DNA from: an uncultured Candidatus Saccharibacteria bacterium
GTDB lineage: Bacteria; Patescibacteriota; Minisyncoccia; Phycocordibacterales; UBA1006
Reading direction: 5' to 3'
Assembly (NCBI GenBank): GCA_964350165.1
Contig: CAYGJA010000001.1
Location: 86,823-150,822, forward strand
Length of the DNA stretch: 64,000 nt
Shown here: positions 29,157 through 38,982 of the stretch, piece by piece
How positions within the stretch are numbered: the stretch's first letter is position 1
Layout of the letters: each line of letters opens with the position of its first letter
Translations under genes and position numbers: made by a program
Notes under the pieces: generated by a model
Told to the model about the DNA's origin: nothing
What the model saw: only the letters and a program-made list of their open reading frames with translations
Database searches by the model: none

Positions 29157-30796
29157 TATTCTTGCTGGAACTCAGCGATGAACTGGCTTCCCTTGCCAAG
29201 CCCTTCTGACTCAATGCGCAATTCTCCAGCGTGCGCCTTTACGATTTGTTTTGCCAAATACAATCCCAAACCAGAACCTCCTGTGTTTGTTTTTTTGCCA
29301 GCATCACCGCGACTAAACTTTTGAAATAGCTTAGCAATGGTCTCTTTGGTAATCCCTTTGCCATTGTCTGCAACAGTAAGCTCAATATATTTTTTGTCTT
29401 CTTTTTGTCGCTTTTGCAATATTACGTTTATCTCTCCCCCTCTGTCGGTATATTTGATGGCATTGTCCACCAGGTTAACCACCACCTGTCGTAGTTTGAC
29501 TTGATCCCCCTTGAGGGCATAACGCCCAGGCTGTTTCATTTCGAAATCAAGACGTATGCCTTTCTGTTTTGCGTTTATTTTTTGTTCATCGACGACACTC
29601 TGCACCATAGAAGCCAAACTGAAAGTAATCATTTCATATTGGAGCCCCCCTTGCTCTATCTTGGAAACATCCAACAAATCAGTAATTATTTTGGCAAGAA
29701 TTGAACTGGACTCAAAAATACGGCGCACCGGCTCGTGCACCCTTTTTGTGATTTTCCCAAAAGAACCTTCCAGGATCATGGAAGAATACCCCTTGATAGA
29801 AGTAAGCGGTGTTCGAAGCTGATGAGAGGCCAATGACAAAAATTCAGTCTTTAGTTCATCTAATTTTTGTAGCTCCTTGTTTACTTCTTGCAGTTTTGTT
29901 GACAGCTTTTCAACGTCTTGCCTTTGTTCTATTTCTTTATTTACTGATCGAATCAACAACAAACCAACGGCCACCGTAAAGACGAACGACCCAATCCCAA
30001 TGGTTATGTCGGCAACGGTTCGTGCTACTGACAACAGTTGATAGAAGCTAATGATCCAGATAGCAAAAACCAGCACCTGAGTAAGAATCAATTTGAGATT
30101 GAACAGCTGATAGCGCAAAATCGCAACCGCAATCACAACCACCATAACCATAACCGTGATTTGAGACATCCAATTAAGCGCAAAAATTCCAAAAAAGGGC
30201 AACACCAAATTAGTAACAAAGCCAGTAAGAGCCGCAGCCAAAGTGCCTATAATAATAAAAAGTGCTTGTTTTTTTGTTTTGGTGTCTTTGTTTTGAGCGT
30301 AAAACTGCAAAAGATACAGATATCCGAAACCAATAACAACAGTCGCAAAAGAAGAATAAATAATTGAAGGCACCAGGCCAAAAAAAATTGCATTTTCTGC
30401 CCCAATACGTGGCTCAACACCAGTAATCAGTAAATTGGGTGCAAAGGCCAATATTGCAGAAACTGCAAAAAAACTAGTCACAAAAATTTGTTTTGTTTTT
30501 TTGACTCGTTTTTCAAAAAAAGAAGCAGTGAAATTAAAAAAAGTAAGCGGTACAAACGTAAAAGTTCCATAAAGAAATTTAGAAAACAGCAACACCTGAT
30601 CTGGCTCTGTTGCTGTTCTAAACAAAAACATGGACAACACCCAAGCATCAATTGCCAGTGCCAAGAAAAAATAGTGCTTATTCAGTCGTGCTTTTTCTTT
30701 GTTATTGAAATACACCAAAAAGCCAAGCAGGCTATTGGCTAAAACTACTACAATAAGGGCGATGCTGATGATGTCGATACTGTTACTAGGGCTCAC
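29153..30796 (-). CDS. Sensor histidine kinase with N-terminal multi-TM (HisKA_7TM-like) input domain
   Basis: About 9 hydrophobic helices; ASHQLRTPL H-box; NLVDNAIKYT, DNGKGI and GSGLGL. Confidence 0.95.
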   Translation of the reverse strand: MSPSNSIDIISIALIVVVLANSLLGFLVYFNNKEKARLNKHYFFLALAIDAWVLSMFLFRTATEPDQVLLFSKFLYGTFTFVPLTFFNFTASFFEKRVKKTKQIFVTSFFAVSAILAFAPNLLITGVEPRIGAENAIFFGLVPSIIYSSFATVVIGFGYLYLLQFYAQNKDTKTKKQALFIIIGTLAAALTGFVTNLVLPFFGIFALNWMSQITVMVMVVVIAVAILRYQLFNLKLILTQVLVFAIWIISFYQLLSVARTVADITIGIGSFVFTVAVGLLLIRSVNKEIEQRQDVEKLSTKLQEVNKELQKLDELKTEFLSLASHQLRTPLTSIKGYSSMILEGSFGKITKRVHEPVRRIFESSSILAKIITDLLDVSKIEQGGLQYEMITFSLASMVQSVVDEQKINAKQKGIRLDFEMKQPGRYALKGDQVKLRQVVVNLVDNAIKYTDRGGEINVILQKRQKEDKKYIELTVADNGKGITKETIAKLFQKFSRGDAGKKTNTGGSGLGLYLAKQIVKAHAGELRIESEGLGKGSQFIAEFQQEY

Positions 30797-30805
30797 TGCC
30801 TGTAA

Positions 30806-31990
30806 TTATATCATCATGCTGGCTAGTCTTTTTTTAACTAGCTGAGTAACCTTGTCTATTTTTTCTTCGGTAACAGTATCAAAATAATTCTGAAAATCAG
30901 CCACTCGGAACCCAAGCTTTTCTCCGATGGTCTTTATTTCTGCTACGTGTTCAACACTTGCACGATTGATAACATAGTGCCCTTTGTGGTTATTGGCAGC
31001 CAAAGCCAAGAGCTCGGCCATACAGCAAAAATTATCCTCTCTGTCTTTTAGACCAAAACGAAAATGTGTCACCACGCCCGGGGTACGAACCGCGCCAGCC
31101 TCGAGCACCAGGACATCAGATTGTCGATGAACTTCTTCAGAGATATCAGTTGGTTGCGTGTCATCAATATAAATCGAGCCAGGAGTGGTTCTGTCGGTTG
31201 TGATCAGCGCTTCGGAAGCATTAGTTGCAGTAAAGATGACAATTGCTTGCTTAGATTCAGAGACATCGGAGGAAACAGTGTACGTACCGCTTGGCCTAAT
31301 CTCTAGGAGTTCTTTTTGCAGTTGTTTTACTTTGTCTATTTTTCTCTCTAAATCAATCAATCGAATATTTGTGGCCCCTGTTGTTGCGAGGTATTTGGCA
31401 ACAGTAGACCCTACCGATCCTGCAGCGCCCACAATTGCCAAAGGCATCGTATTTCTCTCTTGCTGCAAAGACATTCTTTCCAAAATTGCTTCGTAATTTT
31501 GGACAACATTGAGAGCGGTATAAGCATGTCCGGTTGTAACATCGACACCCAAATCTAACAAGTCTTGGCCTCCTTTTGATAAAGATGCTGTGTATCCGGC
31601 CAGGCCTACTATTTTTGCACCCTGCTTAGATGCATGACGCACAGCGGACCGAATCTGCTTGATTGCCCTAGGTCTATCATCCAAAAGATCTTTGGCTGTC
31701 ATGGGAACAGTGATAACACAGCCGAGAACCTCCTTGCCATCAACCGTGGATCTGAGTCCTGTTATTTCTGAAGCAGTAACTGGCCAAAAAAAACGACGAA
31801 TCAAAATACGCATTATTTTTTTTGGAATTTTTCTAAAAAAAGGAAACTTTCTATAAATCTCAGCATAATCACGAGGGTGCCCCAAAAAACAAAAATGGTA
31901 TTTTTTTAATTTTTTGGGCACCAAAAAATTAGGCAACAATTTAATTAACAAGTCTTTAAAGAGGCCATAAATTTGTTTCAATGTTTTCAT
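30806..31990 (-). CDS. Acyl-ACP reductase-like (COG5322-type) NAD(P)-dependent oxidoreductase
   Basis: FCFLGHP, GAKIVGLAGYTA, VTTGHAYT, GAAGSVG Rossmann motif, FCCMAE (equivalent of the AAR catalytic Cys). Confidence 0.8.
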   Translation of the reverse strand: MKTLKQIYGLFKDLLIKLLPNFLVPKKLKKYHFCFLGHPRDYAEIYRKFPFFRKIPKKIMRILIRRFFWPVTASEITGLRSTVDGKEVLGCVITVPMTAKDLLDDRPRAIKQIRSAVRHASKQGAKIVGLAGYTASLSKGGQDLLDLGVDVTTGHAYTALNVVQNYEAILERMSLQQERNTMPLAIVGAAGSVGSTVAKYLATTGATNIRLIDLERKIDKVKQLQKELLEIRPSGTYTVSSDVSESKQAIVIFTATNASEALITTDRTTPGSIYIDDTQPTDISEEVHRQSDVLVLEAGAVRTPGVVTHFRFGLKDREDNFCCMAELLALAANNHKGHYVINRASVEHVAEIKTIGEKLGFRVADFQNYFDTVTEEKIDKVTQLVKKRLASMMI

Positions 31991-32003
31991 AAATACCAAA
32001 TAA

Positions 32004-32864
32004 TTACTTTCTAAAAACTTGAAGTATCTTGGCATTTGCCTGCTCGATGTCTTTCTGATGCAATTCCAGGGCGGCAGTTCGGCTGTCTAACAAAGAGGCG
32101 GTAAACAAATCTTCTGGATAAAAAGGTGCTTTTACTTCAAATTTAATGCTAGTCTTTCTGAAAAAGAAAGATCGTAAAGTTAACGGGCAAGAAAGAACAA
32201 CTCGTATTGGAACTACGGGGCGACGTGAATAATAAGAAAGCACGGCTGTTCCGGGCAAAACCTTGGTCACTACGCCCAAGGGGTCTATTGTTCCAGAAGG
32301 AAAAATGATCAAAGAATGACCAAAGTCTTTTAATAATTCAATATGGTTTGCCAACTTGATACGATACGGCAAATGTTTATTTTTTCTATCAAAAGCACAT
32401 GCTCCGCAAATATCAAAAACCCAACCGCCGTAAAATATCTTTTTTAATAAATTTCCCTTGGCAATTTCTGTTTTATAGAATTTTGATTCGAAAGTAAAAA
32501 ATCGAACTGGAAAATGTCGCGAAAAAAAACCAAAAATGCTTGGTATTAAGAGAATATCAATCTCTGAAAAATGAGAAGCTGCAAAAATAACGTTCCGTGA
32601 CTCTTTTTTAAAAGTTTCATTCGGATCTTCTATGGTTGCACGCAACCACCATCGCAGAAAAAAACCAAGAGGGTATGCAAGATATTGCACAAAACGCACC
32701 AACAAAAAGAAACCCTTTCTTTGCGAAACACTGGACCCTTGTCCGGAAGCATTATCCGCAAAATCTACTTCTTCTCGTTGTGACTCTCCACCCAAAAGAG
32801 CACCTCCTCCTGCTGTCTTGAGAACCGGTGACCATTCTTGTTTTATGTCTTTAGGATTATGCAT
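32004..32864 (-). CDS. PlsC/LPLAT-family acyltransferase
   Basis: ASHFSEID (HX4D), IIFPSGT and PVVPI. Confidence 0.85.
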   Translation of the reverse strand: MHNPKDIKQEWSPVLKTAGGGALLGGESQREEVDFADNASGQGSSVSQRKGFFLLVRFVQYLAYPLGFFLRWWLRATIEDPNETFKKESRNVIFAASHFSEIDILLIPSIFGFFSRHFPVRFFTFESKFYKTEIAKGNLLKKIFYGGWVFDICGACAFDRKNKHLPYRIKLANHIELLKDFGHSLIIFPSGTIDPLGVVTKVLPGTAVLSYYSRRPVVPIRVVLSCPLTLRSFFFRKTSIKFEVKAPFYPEDLFTASLLDSRTAALELHQKDIEQANAKILQVFRK

Positions 32865-32872
32865 ACAGTGTT

Positions 32873-33559
32873 TTATATTCTTGATAATAAACGCCCTCTT
32901 TGTTTTTCAGTAAAATTGCCCGCCCAATCGGCAACATTTGCAGGAAAGAGAATGTAGAAAATTTTCTGAATAGTTCTGAAGGAAAATCCTATTTGTTCCA
33001 AATGATGGATCACGTGTCGTGAGCAGTTGTTTAAAAGAACGTGATATTTTTCAACTCGAGAATGATTTACAACATTTGTGCGCTTTGCCAAACTTTTAAA
33101 AAGCTGAATACGTTGTTTGCGGGATAATCGCAAAGGGGTGGTAAAAACCGGCTCACTGGTGCCCACGTTTTGGCGCACATGAATCAGGTCTTCGGCAGTA
33201 CCCCAAACATACTGCAATCTATTTGTTCCCAAAAAAGTTCTAAATGAGAATGTTTGGCCCACCAGACAGCTCAGCTCAGGTGAAGCAATAATAATCCTCT
33301 CTTTTATCTTGAAGCCAACCATTACATGTGCGACTCCGCGTGCAAAAAAAGGAACCGTATACAGAAAGGCTTCGGCAACATCATGAAGAGAAAAAGTAAA
33401 ATCAGCCCAGCGTTCTTCTGGCTTATCCTCAACTCCTTCTGGATAAGAAAAATCTCTAAGATTTTCTATTTTCCAAAACGAACCAGTATTCACCACCCGA
33501 GCCAGGTTACGAAAACCAGCTTTCCACTTATCTCTGTTGTTTTTTATTTCGTCTGACAT
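32873..33559 (-). CDS. DUF4105 / Lnb N-terminal-like domain protein
   Basis: IENLRDFSY, AHVMVGF and YHVLLNNCS; start taken at ATG 33559. Confidence 0.78.
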   Translation of the reverse strand: MSDEIKNNRDKWKAGFRNLARVVNTGSFWKIENLRDFSYPEGVEDKPEERWADFTFSLHDVAEAFLYTVPFFARGVAHVMVGFKIKERIIIASPELSCLVGQTFSFRTFLGTNRLQYVWGTAEDLIHVRQNVGTSEPVFTTPLRLSRKQRIQLFKSLAKRTNVVNHSRVEKYHVLLNNCSRHVIHHLEQIGFSFRTIQKIFYILFPANVADWAGNFTEKQRGRLLSRI

Positions 33560-33569
33560 AAAAAATAAC

Positions 33570-33718
33570 AAAAAAGACGGCATTAAGCCGTCTTTTTTTA
33601 AGAGCAAATTAAATTAACGTTAATCCCACCGGCGTAACTACGCCCGGGACCAGAACGAAAACTTAACTTACTACTTATATCCATATACATATTATAACAC
33701 AGAGGGGTGTTTTGTAAA
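33570..33718 (-). promoter_or_regulatory. Promoter, leaderless 28-aa uORF (33684-33598) and terminator upstream of the DUF4105 operon
   Basis: TTTACA-16-TATAAT with extended TG; uORF MDISSKLSFRSGPGRSYAGGINVNLICS; terminator aaaaaagacggc/gccgtctttttt. Confidence 0.6.
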
Positions 33719-33719
33719 G

Positions 33720-34586
33720 CTACAAACCCTCTTCGGCCAACTGTTCTACCAGTTTTTTCTGTGACTTGGATAGTTTATCAGGAATTTGAATCTTCGTCAC
33801 GATAAGCAAGTCTCCGCGCCCAGCCACTCCTTTGCCTCGCACCCGGAGCATTTGACCAGGACGCAGGCCTTTGGGGATTTTTATGGTTGTGTTTTTTTCG
33901 TCCAATAGCTCGATTTCTTTGTTGGCACCAAGAATAGCTTCGGTTAATTTGATGTCCATATCCATCACCAGATGCATTCCTTCTTTCCTAAAGATGCGGT
34001 GGGGCTGAACGTCTAACTGAATATACAGGTCGCCGTCTCGGCCATTATCTATCTTTTCGCCATAACCCTGTAACCGTAATTGCTGGCCACGTTCTACTCC
34101 AGGGGGAACCGTAATCGTAACTTCTCTCGTTTTTCCTGTTTTAGGATCTTGGACAGAAATATCTTTTTTTACTCCTTCAATAGACTCTCGAAAAGTGAGC
34201 CTTACAGACATGTGATAGTCTCGGCCTCGTGGTGTTCGTTGGAAACCTCCACCAGCAAAAGCAGAAAAGATATCGTTCAAATCAAAGCCGTCAAAACTAG
34301 CTCCTCCCTGTTGCTGAAAACCAGAGAAATCAAAACCACCAAAGCCACCGCCCGCTCCTCCACCAAAACCAGCACCCGGTCCAGCTGATCCAAACCTGTC
34401 GTATTGGGCGCGTTTTTCTTTGTTGGACAATGTCTGATAAGCCTCATTAGCTTCTTTGAATTTTGCCTCATCACCGTCTTTTTTGTCGGGATGATATTTG
34501 TGAGCGAGCCGGTGAAAAGCTTTTTTAATCTCGGAATCAGAAGCAGATTTTTCTACGCCAAGTATGTTGTAATAATCCTTGCTCAT
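33720..34586 (-). CDS. dnaJ: DnaJ-class co-chaperone lacking the zinc finger
   Basis: J domain with HPD; G/F region; no CxxCxGxG repeats; follows dnaK. Confidence 0.9.
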   Translation of the reverse strand: MSKDYYNILGVEKSASDSEIKKAFHRLAHKYHPDKKDGDEAKFKEANEAYQTLSNKEKRAQYDRFGSAGPGAGFGGGAGGGFGGFDFSGFQQQGGASFDGFDLNDIFSAFAGGGFQRTPRGRDYHMSVRLTFRESIEGVKKDISVQDPKTGKTREVTITVPPGVERGQQLRLQGYGEKIDNGRDGDLYIQLDVQPHRIFRKEGMHLVMDMDIKLTEAILGANKEIELLDEKNTTIKIPKGLRPGQMLRVRGKGVAGRGDLLIVTKIQIPDKLSKSQKKLVEQLAEEGL

Positions 34587-34592
34587 GTCGGA

Positions 34593-36488
34593 CTATTTAT
34601 CGTCTTCTACTTCAGCATCAACAATATTGTCTTCATTTCCAGCCTCGTCTTCTACTTTTTCGCCGGCGGGATTTGCTTCGGTTGAATCTGATTTTTGGAG
34701 AAGTTCATATATTTTTTGTACTTCTTCTAACAAGCCCTCATTGGCAGTCTTGATAGCCTCGATATCATCGCCGTCTTTTACTTTTTTTAGTTCGTCAATT
34801 TTTTCTTGAATGGCTGTTTTTACTGTTTCTTCAATTTTTTCACCATTATCCTTGAGGGCTTTTTCGGCCATAAAGACAGAGGATTCTGCTTGATTCTTGA
34901 TTTCTACTTTTTCTTTTTTCTTGGCATCTTCATCTGCGTGAACATCCGCTTCATTTTTCATGCGATTGATTTCTTCTTCGGAAAGACCAGAGGATCCCTC
35001 GATTCGAATTGAATTCTCTTTGCCAGTCGCCTTGTCCTTGGCGGTAACTTTCAAAATACCATTGGCATCCACATCAAAGGTAACCTCTACTTGTGGCATA
35101 CCGCGTGGTGCAGGTGGAATACCATCCAAGATAAAACGTCCCAAAGATTTGTTGTCTTGCGCCATTGGTCGCTCCCCTTGAACAACGTGAATTTCAACAG
35201 AAGTTTGGTTGTCGGCAGCGGTTGAGAATACTTGTGAATGTTGAGTAGGAATAGTTGTGTTTTTTTCTATCAATTTTGTGGCTACTCCTCCCATGGTTTC
35301 GATACCCATAGAAAGCGGAATAACATCCAAAAGAAGCACGTCTTTTACGTCTCCCTGCAATACTCCAGCCTGAACAGCTGCTCCAGCAGCTACAACCTCG
35401 TCTGGATTAATAGACCGATTAGGATCTTTGCCAAAGAGCTTCTTCACTTCTTCTTGGATTTTTGGCATTCGAGTCTGTCCTCCAACCAAAATGATTTCAT
35501 TGATATCAGAAGCACTCATGCCGGCGTCTTTTAGTACGTTACGAGTTATTTCGATAGACTTGTCGACATACACAGCCGCCAATTCTTCTAGTTTTGAACG
35601 AGAAAGCTTTACCAAGAGATGTTTTGGACCAGAAGCATCAGAGGTAATAAAAGGAATATTTACTTCTGTTTCTGTTGCCGTTGATAATTCATGCTTTGCT
35701 TTTTCGGCGGCCTCGTCGAGACGCTGCACAGCCAAAGGATCTCCCAAGATATCAACCCCTTGGTCTTTTTTGAACTCAGCCGCAATATAATCAATAATAG
35801 CCTGATCAATATCTCGACCCCCCATATGAGAATCACCTCCGGTAGCTTTGACTTCTACCACATCAGCGCCAACCTCTAGAACAGAAACGTCAAAAGTTCC
35901 TCCACCAAAGTCATACACAACAATGCGCTCGTCTTTCTTTTTGTCAAAGCCATACGCAAGAGCAGCGGCTGTTGGTTCGTTGATAATTCTCTTTACATCA
36001 AGACCCGCAATCTTTCCGGCATCTTTTGTTGCTTTGCGCTGTGAATCATCGAAGTAAGCCGGAACAGTAATAACGGCTTCAGTTACTTCTTCTCCTAGTT
36101 TTGCCTCTACATCAGCTTTTATTTTCTGAAGAAGCATGGCTGAGATTTCTTCTGGACGATAACCTTTGTCGCCCATAGTAATCAAGACACCACCGTCTTC
36201 ACCTTTTTTAATCTCATAAGGAACTTTGCCTTTTAGATTGGTGACCACATCATCTTCGAAGCGGTGTCCCATGTAGCGCTTTACTCCATATACAGTGTTT
36301 TTGGGGTTGGTTACCGCCTGACGCTTGGCGGTTACACCGACCTGACGTTCACCATTTTTTGCCAAAGCAATGACCGAAGGCGTGGTTCGAGCCCCTTCGC
36401 TATTTTCGATAATTTTGGGCTGTCCCGCCTCAATGATTGCAACGGCGCTATTTGTGGTTCCCAAATCAATTCCAATTATTTTTGACAT
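34593..36488 (-). CDS. dnaK: Hsp70 chaperone
   Basis: [17 protein letters not shown] and LVGGQTRMP. Confidence 0.99.
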   Translation of the reverse strand: MSKIIGIDLGTTNSAVAIIEAGQPKIIENSEGARTTPSVIALAKNGERQVGVTAKRQAVTNPKNTVYGVKRYMGHRFEDDVVTNLKGKVPYEIKKGEDGGVLITMGDKGYRPEEISAMLLQKIKADVEAKLGEEVTEAVITVPAYFDDSQRKATKDAGKIAGLDVKRIINEPTAAALAYGFDKKKDERIVVYDFGGGTFDVSVLEVGADVVEVKATGGDSHMGGRDIDQAIIDYIAAEFKKDQGVDILGDPLAVQRLDEAAEKAKHELSTATETEVNIPFITSDASGPKHLLVKLSRSKLEELAAVYVDKSIEITRNVLKDAGMSASDINEIILVGGQTRMPKIQEEVKKLFGKDPNRSINPDEVVAAGAAVQAGVLQGDVKDVLLLDVIPLSMGIETMGGVATKLIEKNTTIPTQHSQVFSTAADNQTSVEIHVVQGERPMAQDNKSLGRFILDGIPPAPRGMPQVEVTFDVDANGILKVTAKDKATGKENSIRIEGSSGLSEEEINRMKNEADVHADEDAKKKEKVEIKNQAESSVFMAEKALKDNGEKIEETVKTAIQEKIDELKKVKDGDDIEAIKTANEGLLEEVQKIYELLQKSDSTEANPAGEKVEDEAGNEDNIVDAEVEDDK

Positions 36489-36515
36489 AAAATTATTTGC
36501 TAGTTTAATAATTAA

Positions 36516-37112
36516 TTATTCTTCAGAAGAAGTCTGCGTATACACACTGACTTTTGCCGGACGGATAACCCTACCCCCCAACAAATAACCAGTCTGTTTC
36601 ACTTCTCTCACAAGATTATCTTTGTCTTTGTCTTCCGTTTCCAAAAATTCAACAGCCTCATGGAGCCGAGGATCAAACTGCTGATCTACAGCAACAATGA
36701 CCTCGAGTCCGTATTCAGTCAAAACTTTCTGCAGCTGAGAATAGATATATTCGACACCCGTTCTCCAACCCTGGTCAACCGACTGCCAGGCCTCTGTATT
36801 AGACATGGCCATGGAAAAACTGTCGGCTACCGGCAACAAATCCTCGAGCAAGCGAGCATTGGCAAAACTTTGTCGCTCTCTCTGTTCGGTTTCCATGCGT
36901 TTTTTTGCATTTACCAATTCAGCGCGAGCACTCTGCCAACCTTGCAGATATTCTTGCTTTTCGAGTTTTAAGGACTTTATTTCGTCCTTAAGTTTCTTGA
37001 GCTTGGACTGAAAATCTCCTTCATATTCTTCGGAAACAATCTCTTCTGTAAGAATTTCTTCTTCGGGGGTATCTATTTGATCATTTGTATTTTTTCTTTT
37101 TGACATAGACAT
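36516..37112 (-). CDS. grpE: Nucleotide exchange factor GrpE
   Basis: FDPRLHEAV and GYLLGGRVIRPAKV. Confidence 0.97.
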   Translation of the reverse strand: MSMSKRKNTNDQIDTPEEEILTEEIVSEEYEGDFQSKLKKLKDEIKSLKLEKQEYLQGWQSARAELVNAKKRMETEQRERQSFANARLLEDLLPVADSFSMAMSNTEAWQSVDQGWRTGVEYIYSQLQKVLTEYGLEVIVAVDQQFDPRLHEAVEFLETEDKDKDNLVREVKQTGYLLGGRVIRPAKVSVYTQTSSEE

Positions 37113-37141
37113 TAATTACTTCTTGTGTGCCATCGATGTCT

Positions 37142-37224
37142 ATTATATACAAAGTCGGTTTTTTTGACAAATTTTACGTGTACGTGAAATACATGTTGAA
37201 TATATTTCTCATATCTATTATGAT
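37142..37224. promoter_or_regulatory. Divergent sigma70 promoters with a central imperfect palindrome
   Basis: Minus strand TTGTCA-17-TATAAT (37170-37142); plus strand TTGAAT-17-TATGAT (37196-37224); palindrome attttacgtgtacgtgaaat at 37171-37190. Confidence 0.65.
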
Positions 37225-37230
37225 GTTCTC

Positions 37231-37776
37231 ATGAGTAGAAAAAACTCCTACAAGAAAAAACTTCTCGACATCCTGCAACGCAAACGAGCCAGCTCCACCG
37301 AAGACCTTGTTGAAGAGGCCCTTACGGCTTTCCCTGCAAAAAAACAAGACACTTCGTTGCGTTATCGTTTTCAGAGGACGTTAAAACAACTTCAGGAAAA
37401 CAATCTGGTAGAAATACGAGAAACAGAACGATCACGTTTTGCTCGTCTAACCCCTCACGGACAACACACGCTCCGCACCATGTCCCTAGGAGACAACCAG
37501 AGCCTTACCTCTATGCGCTGGGACGGTTATTGGCGCATTGTTATCATGAATATTCCAGAAGACCGCAAGGACGAGCGAGACGCTTTTCGATATCTTCTCA
37601 AAAAAGCGAATTTTGCTTGTGTGAAAAATTCTGTCTGGGTTTCTCCTCACCCACTAGAACATTTGCTAGAAAATCTCAAAAAAGATTTTGGTTTTACTGA
37701 TGAAATCTTCATTATTCTTTCCAACAAAATAGACCCTGTCAGTGAAGAGATTTTTATTCGATCAATCAGAGATTAG
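37231..37776 (+). CDS. PaaX-like regulator (wHTH plus Cas2-like central domain)
   Basis: wHTH ...LQENNLV...RLTPHG; WDGYWRIVIMNIPE...R..L...F....SVWVSP. Confidence 0.8.
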   Translation: MSRKNSYKKKLLDILQRKRASSTEDLVEEALTAFPAKKQDTSLRYRFQRTLKQLQENNLVEIRETERSRFARLTPHGQHTLRTMSLGDNQSLTSMRWDGYWRIVIMNIPEDRKDERDAFRYLLKKANFACVKNSVWVSPHPLEHLLENLKKDFGFTDEIFIILSNKIDPVSEEIFIRSIRD

Positions 37777-37787
37777 CCAAAAATAAT

Positions 37788-37821
37788 CCAAAACAAAAAC
37801 CCTTTCGGGTTTTTGTTTTGG
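37788..37821. terminator. Bidirectional terminator
   Basis: ccaaaacaaaaaccc-tttc-gggtttttgttttgg. Confidence 0.85.
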
Positions 37822-37824
37822 TGA

Positions 37825-38241
37825 TTATCGTTTTCGCCACTGAACTCGTTTGCGAGCTTTGCGTAGTCCGAATTTTTTTCGTTCTACTTTTCGAGGGTCT
37901 CGCTTCAAGAACCCAAGTCGTTTGAGCGGTGTTCGTTGCTCTTCATCGTGAACGCTAAGCGCTCGAGAAATTCCCAAACGTACAGATTCTGCCTGAGAAG
38001 ATGTTCCTCCGCCAGAAACAACTACCGATATTTTGAATTTTGGTTCAATTTCAGTTTTTGTAAAAGGAGACTCTACCACCTTTTGCAGTTCAGCTGTTGG
38101 AAAATATTCCCTAAAGTCTTTGCCGTTTACAGTAACCTGCAAACTATCATGTATAAAAATTCGAACCTGAGCAGTAGCCGTCTTTCGGCGACCGATAGCT
38201 GGTACGTACTTGTCTTTGGTTGCGGTGGTAAGTTTCGGCAT
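37825..38241 (-). CDS. rpsI: 30S ribosomal protein S9
   Basis: GRRKTATA and RDPRKVERKKFGLRKAR. Confidence 0.98.
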   Translation of the reverse strand: MPKLTTATKDKYVPAIGRRKTATAQVRIFIHDSLQVTVNGKDFREYFPTAELQKVVESPFTKTEIEPKFKISVVVSGGGTSSQAESVRLGISRALSVHDEEQRTPLKRLGFLKRDPRKVERKKFGLRKARKRVQWRKR

Positions 38242-38243
38242 AA

Positions 38244-38594
38244 TTATTCTTCGATTAGCAAATTTTTTATGAACTGACTGCGAAGCTTATTCTTGGGTAG
38301 CATGCCATACACAGCTCTACGCAAAACTTCAGCCTGACCTTTTTTCTCAATCACTTTTGATCGTGTGGTGTGTCGCAATCCACCCGGGTATCCAGTGTAG
38401 TGGGTGTAGGCATCAGCCAGCTTCTTTTCTGATAATTCCAAACCAGAAGCATTTTTAACAACAACCTGCACTGCTGGAATTACATTTGCCTGGAACTGAG
38501 GAGTGTTCTTTCCGCGCAACAAATCAGCTATCTGAACAGCAATAACTCCGAGGGATTTCTTTTCTTCTTTTATGTCTATAACGTAATGCTTCAT
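38244..38594 (-). CDS. rplM: 50S ribosomal protein L13 (short)
   Basis: HYTGYPGGL and AVYGMLPKNKL. Confidence 0.95.
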   Translation of the reverse strand: MKHYVIDIKEEKKSLGVIAVQIADLLRGKNTPQFQANVIPAVQVVVKNASGLELSEKKLADAYTHYTGYPGGLRHTTRSKVIEKKGQAEVLRRAVYGMLPKNKLRSQFIKNLLIEE

Positions 38595-38599
38595 GGTTT

Positions 38600-38956
38600 T
38601 TATACAAACTGAATTATGGCCATCGGACTTGCGTCTCCTTTTCGCTGAGGAAGCTTCACGACTCGAGTATATCCACCTGGTCGATCAACATATCGCTTTG
38701 CCAAGTCGTCTACAAGCTTGGTTACAGCAGAATCCTGACCTTCACCCAAACGGCTAGCAATAAGCCTACGGTTGGCGACCGAGTCTTTTTCGGCCTTTGT
38801 CACTAATTTTTCAATATAAGGACGCAACTCTTTTGCGCGCGCTTCTGTAGTAGTAACAGATTCGTGCTGGATAAGAGACAAAGCCAGAGAACGCATCAGT
38901 GCCGTGCGCTGGTTAGCGTCTCGTCCAAATTTTCGATTAGTGTTGTGGTGATTCAT
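38600..38956 (-). CDS. rplQ: 50S ribosomal protein L17
   Basis: TTEARAKELR, RPGGYTR and RKGDASPMA. Confidence 0.98.
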   Translation of the reverse strand: MNHHNTNRKFGRDANQRTALMRSLALSLIQHESVTTTEARAKELRPYIEKLVTKAEKDSVANRRLIASRLGEGQDSAVTKLVDDLAKRYVDRPGGYTRVVKLPQRKGDASPMAIIQFV

Positions 38957-38982
38957 GGTGCCAGTACTCTATCATTACAGCC

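Noticed and set aside
37231-37776. CRISPR Cas2 / CRISPR locus
   Set aside because: The Cas2-like segment is fused to a wHTH as in PaaX; no cas1 and no repeat-spacer array was seen in the window
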